Shown here one piece after another: positions 61,708 to 64,000 of a DNA stretch of 64,000 nucleotides. Where the stretch lies: positions 238,950,001-239,014,000 of the forward strand of contig NC_058368.1 in the NCBI RefSeq assembly GCF_018350175.1. Direction: 5' to 3'. Source of the DNA: Felis catus. Lineage: Eukaryota. The notes under the pieces were generated by a model. It was not told the origin of the DNA, did no database searches, and was given only the letters and a program-made list of their open reading frames with translations. How positions within the stretch are numbered: position 1 is the stretch's first letter; the number at the start of each line of letters is the position of its first letter. A program made the position numbers and the translations under genes.

Positions 61708-61792
61708 CTGCAAGCTGGGCTCTAGGTTACAAAGACCCGAGGCTCATTCGGAGTCTCGACAGACAGACCACAGAAGACCGGTTCCTCCCAAT
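61708..61792 (-). other. Candidate non-coding exon (85 nt)
   Basis: Acceptor tgtgtttctcacag| and donor CAG|GTAAGG; stop codons in all three frames. Confidence 0.25.
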
Positions 61793-62327
61793 CTGTGAGA
61801 AACACAATTTCAATGCAGCAATCACACAAGAGACAATGAATATGCCGTCGTGATGGTTTGGGCCGGCTCCATCTAGACGGGCCCTGGCACACAGCAGGTC
61901 CTCAGCAAACAGATGAAGAGCAGTCCCCGCAGAATTACCGGCTTGGAAGGCGGTTACACGGTGTTCCTGACCCTCTTTGGGAAGAGCTGCCGTGTGACCA
62001 CTTGGGGCTAGAAGATAAGCTTTGGGGGATGAGGAGTGTGTGCGAAGCTTTAGAGTGCTTCGCCTCGTGTGTGTCGTCGGCAAAAGCAGAAACAGATCCT
62101 AAACCTTGGTTTCTTTGTGCACAAGATGTTTTCAGAAATCATACGAACGAAATGCGTAACCCGAAATTACCGTGATGGACTAGATGGGACGTTTCTCACT
62201 TCTAATTTCTTGATTTCGAAGCTCATTTGCTCCAGAAGCTTAGGTAGAATGCAGGTGGTTTGGGGCTGGCTACTTGCATTATTTTAATTGTTTTGAGCAT
62301 GTTGTGTGGCCATGGCCCTTCCGTGGG

Positions 62328-62719
62328 TGCCATGGACTGAACTGTGTCCCCCCCCCCCAAATTCATAAGTTAAAGTGCTAATGCCCACTGTGATGGTATT
62401 TGAAGATGGGTCTTCGGGAGGTAATAGGGTTAAATGAAGTCATACGGGTGGGGCCTAATCAAATAGGGTTGGTGGCCTTATAAGAAGAGGATGAGAGAGA
62501 CCTTCCCCTCTCTCCCTCCCCTCCTCCTGTGCTCTGGGGAAAGACCTGTGAGGACACAGCCCTCCACAAGCCAGGAAGAGGCCGTCACCAGAACTGGAAC
62601 TCGGGCAGAACCTTGCTCTTGGACTTACAGCCTCCAGAAGTGTGAGAAAAATAGATTTCTGTTGTTTAAGGTCCCCGTTCCGCGGCGCTCTGTCCTGGCG
62701 GCCCAAGCAAACGAAGACA
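62328..62719 (+). mobile_element. MaLR solo LTR (MLT1A-like), full length
   Basis: TG start tgccatggactgaactgtgtcccc..aaattcata, ccttataagaagagg, ggacttacagcctccagaagtgtgagaaa..atttctgttgtttaag, ends gaagaCA. Confidence 0.9.
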
Positions 62720-64000
62720 GTGCACGTGCGGGCAAGCCCGCAGGTGACCCAGGCCGCCGGGAGGGTGGGGGCAGGGCGGCCACCGCACGCAGGCCTGCCC
62801 CGTGGCCATGGTGAGTAAGGTGGTTATCAGAACGTCAGGCGCAGGCAAGTTCCTGAGGACACTGCCCCAGACACCCTGCCACTCCCCGCGACCCAGGGCC
62901 CCAGGCACATTCGGCCTTGCTGTTGTGTGCGTTGTGCACACCACAACTCTGACAGGCGCACTCACGATTCTGCCCGCTGTGGCCTAGCGTGCCGCAGCCC
63001 CGTCTGAAACCACACCTCAGTCAGAGGCAGAGAGGTCGTGGGGGCACCCGAGGGGGGGGCACCGATGGACACGTGGTGTCCTCACCATCCTCAGGCACAG
63101 GCACCGCTGCCCCAGAGCCTTTTAGGAATCTGAAGCACAGGTCTGTTCACCCTCTAGCGCCCACAGATCCCGCCACACAGCACTGTCAGGTCGCACCATT
63201 TCCGGGGCTTGCTTCCTTCTGACCGGGCCTCTCCTGCCCTTGTCCTTGGGCATCCTGTGGCCACCTCTGCAGCATACCATCTGAGGGACGGTCCCCAGCG
63301 CCGGCACTCACACCGGACCCGTGAGTCCACACGATAATGCTCAGCTACCCTGCCCTTTGAAGTGCTTCCTGGATCTCAGAAGCAGCACCCTCCCCCCGCC
63401 ACCCCACCCCAGGAGAATTGCCGTGAGCTCTTAGGACAGGCTCTCGGTGAAAACCCCGGAGGGTGGAGTGGCCAGAGGGTCATCAGGCATCATAGCACAT
63501 GCTGTTCTGGTGGGAATTTGGCCTTCCTGTGGAATGCAAGGGCACCATCTTCAAAGAGGACATTCTCCCTAAGGGTTTCACTCAAGAACCAGGAGAAAAG
63601 AACAGGGAAGGGTGTCTGGGCTAGGGGTGACCCCAATCTTGTCCAGCTGGCACTATCTCTGGGACAGGAGGCTTAGGATTCCTGGGGAGGGAAACAGACA
63701 CGGGTGAGCTGGGAACAACTCTCCAGCTCTCCTCAGCCCCCTGCGCAAGGCCACCCTAGCAGCTAGTCACGTGCTCCCATCACAGATGAAGTGCTCAGCT
63801 CAGTCCGCTCCCCCTGCCCCTTGACCCTGGCCCTCCTCCCCTACCAAGGGTCCCTGGGCTACTGCAGAGGACCTTACAGCTGGCAAGTCCTCAAAGGACA
63901 CCCAGTGAAGACTGAAGCCCTCTGCTGTATCTTCCCAAATAGTCACCCACCCATTTTGTGCTCAGCAGTCCAGCCAATTCACCCTGTTGGGCATGATTTG

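Overview
Mammalian nuclear DNA from a cat-like carnivore (Felidae/Feliformia). The assignment rests on about 20 tRNA-derived CanSINEs of SINEC_Fc type and a felid-type L1 3' end. The unique sequence is GC- and CpG-rich and is interrupted by large decayed LINE-1 blocks (about 8.3-15.8, 20.7-24.8, 26.0-30.2, 39.7-41.0, 46.5-47.9 and 59.0-60.8 kb). Other repeats are two MLT1 solo LTRs, a MER58-like DNA transposon, MIR/L2 relics, a 0.4-kb TTTC/TTCC microsatellite, a 13 x 30-bp VNTR and a degenerate G-rich minisatellite. A CpG-island-like candidate promoter lies at about 36.6-37.2 kb. I recognise no known protein-coding gene, rRNA, tRNA or CRISPR array, and nearly all ORFs in the track look like GC-rich or repeat-derived noise, so the window is probably intergenic or deep-intronic. 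I cannot support a new biological system here. The best leads are: (1) an 86-aa ORF with signal-peptide/N-glycan/hydrophobic-anchor architecture and a strong splice donor (33.2-33.5 kb); (2) a 58-bp locally templated copy of decayed L1 sequence; (3) a VNTR whose variant sites are all synonymous in one frame; (4) patchy AT-to-GC conversion of old L1s; (5) a poly(A)-less internal L1 RT fragment; (6) AT-rich motif-dense enhancer candidates. Repeat subfamily names come from my recall of consensus sequences and need RepeatMasker confirmation; boundaries of old elements are approximate.
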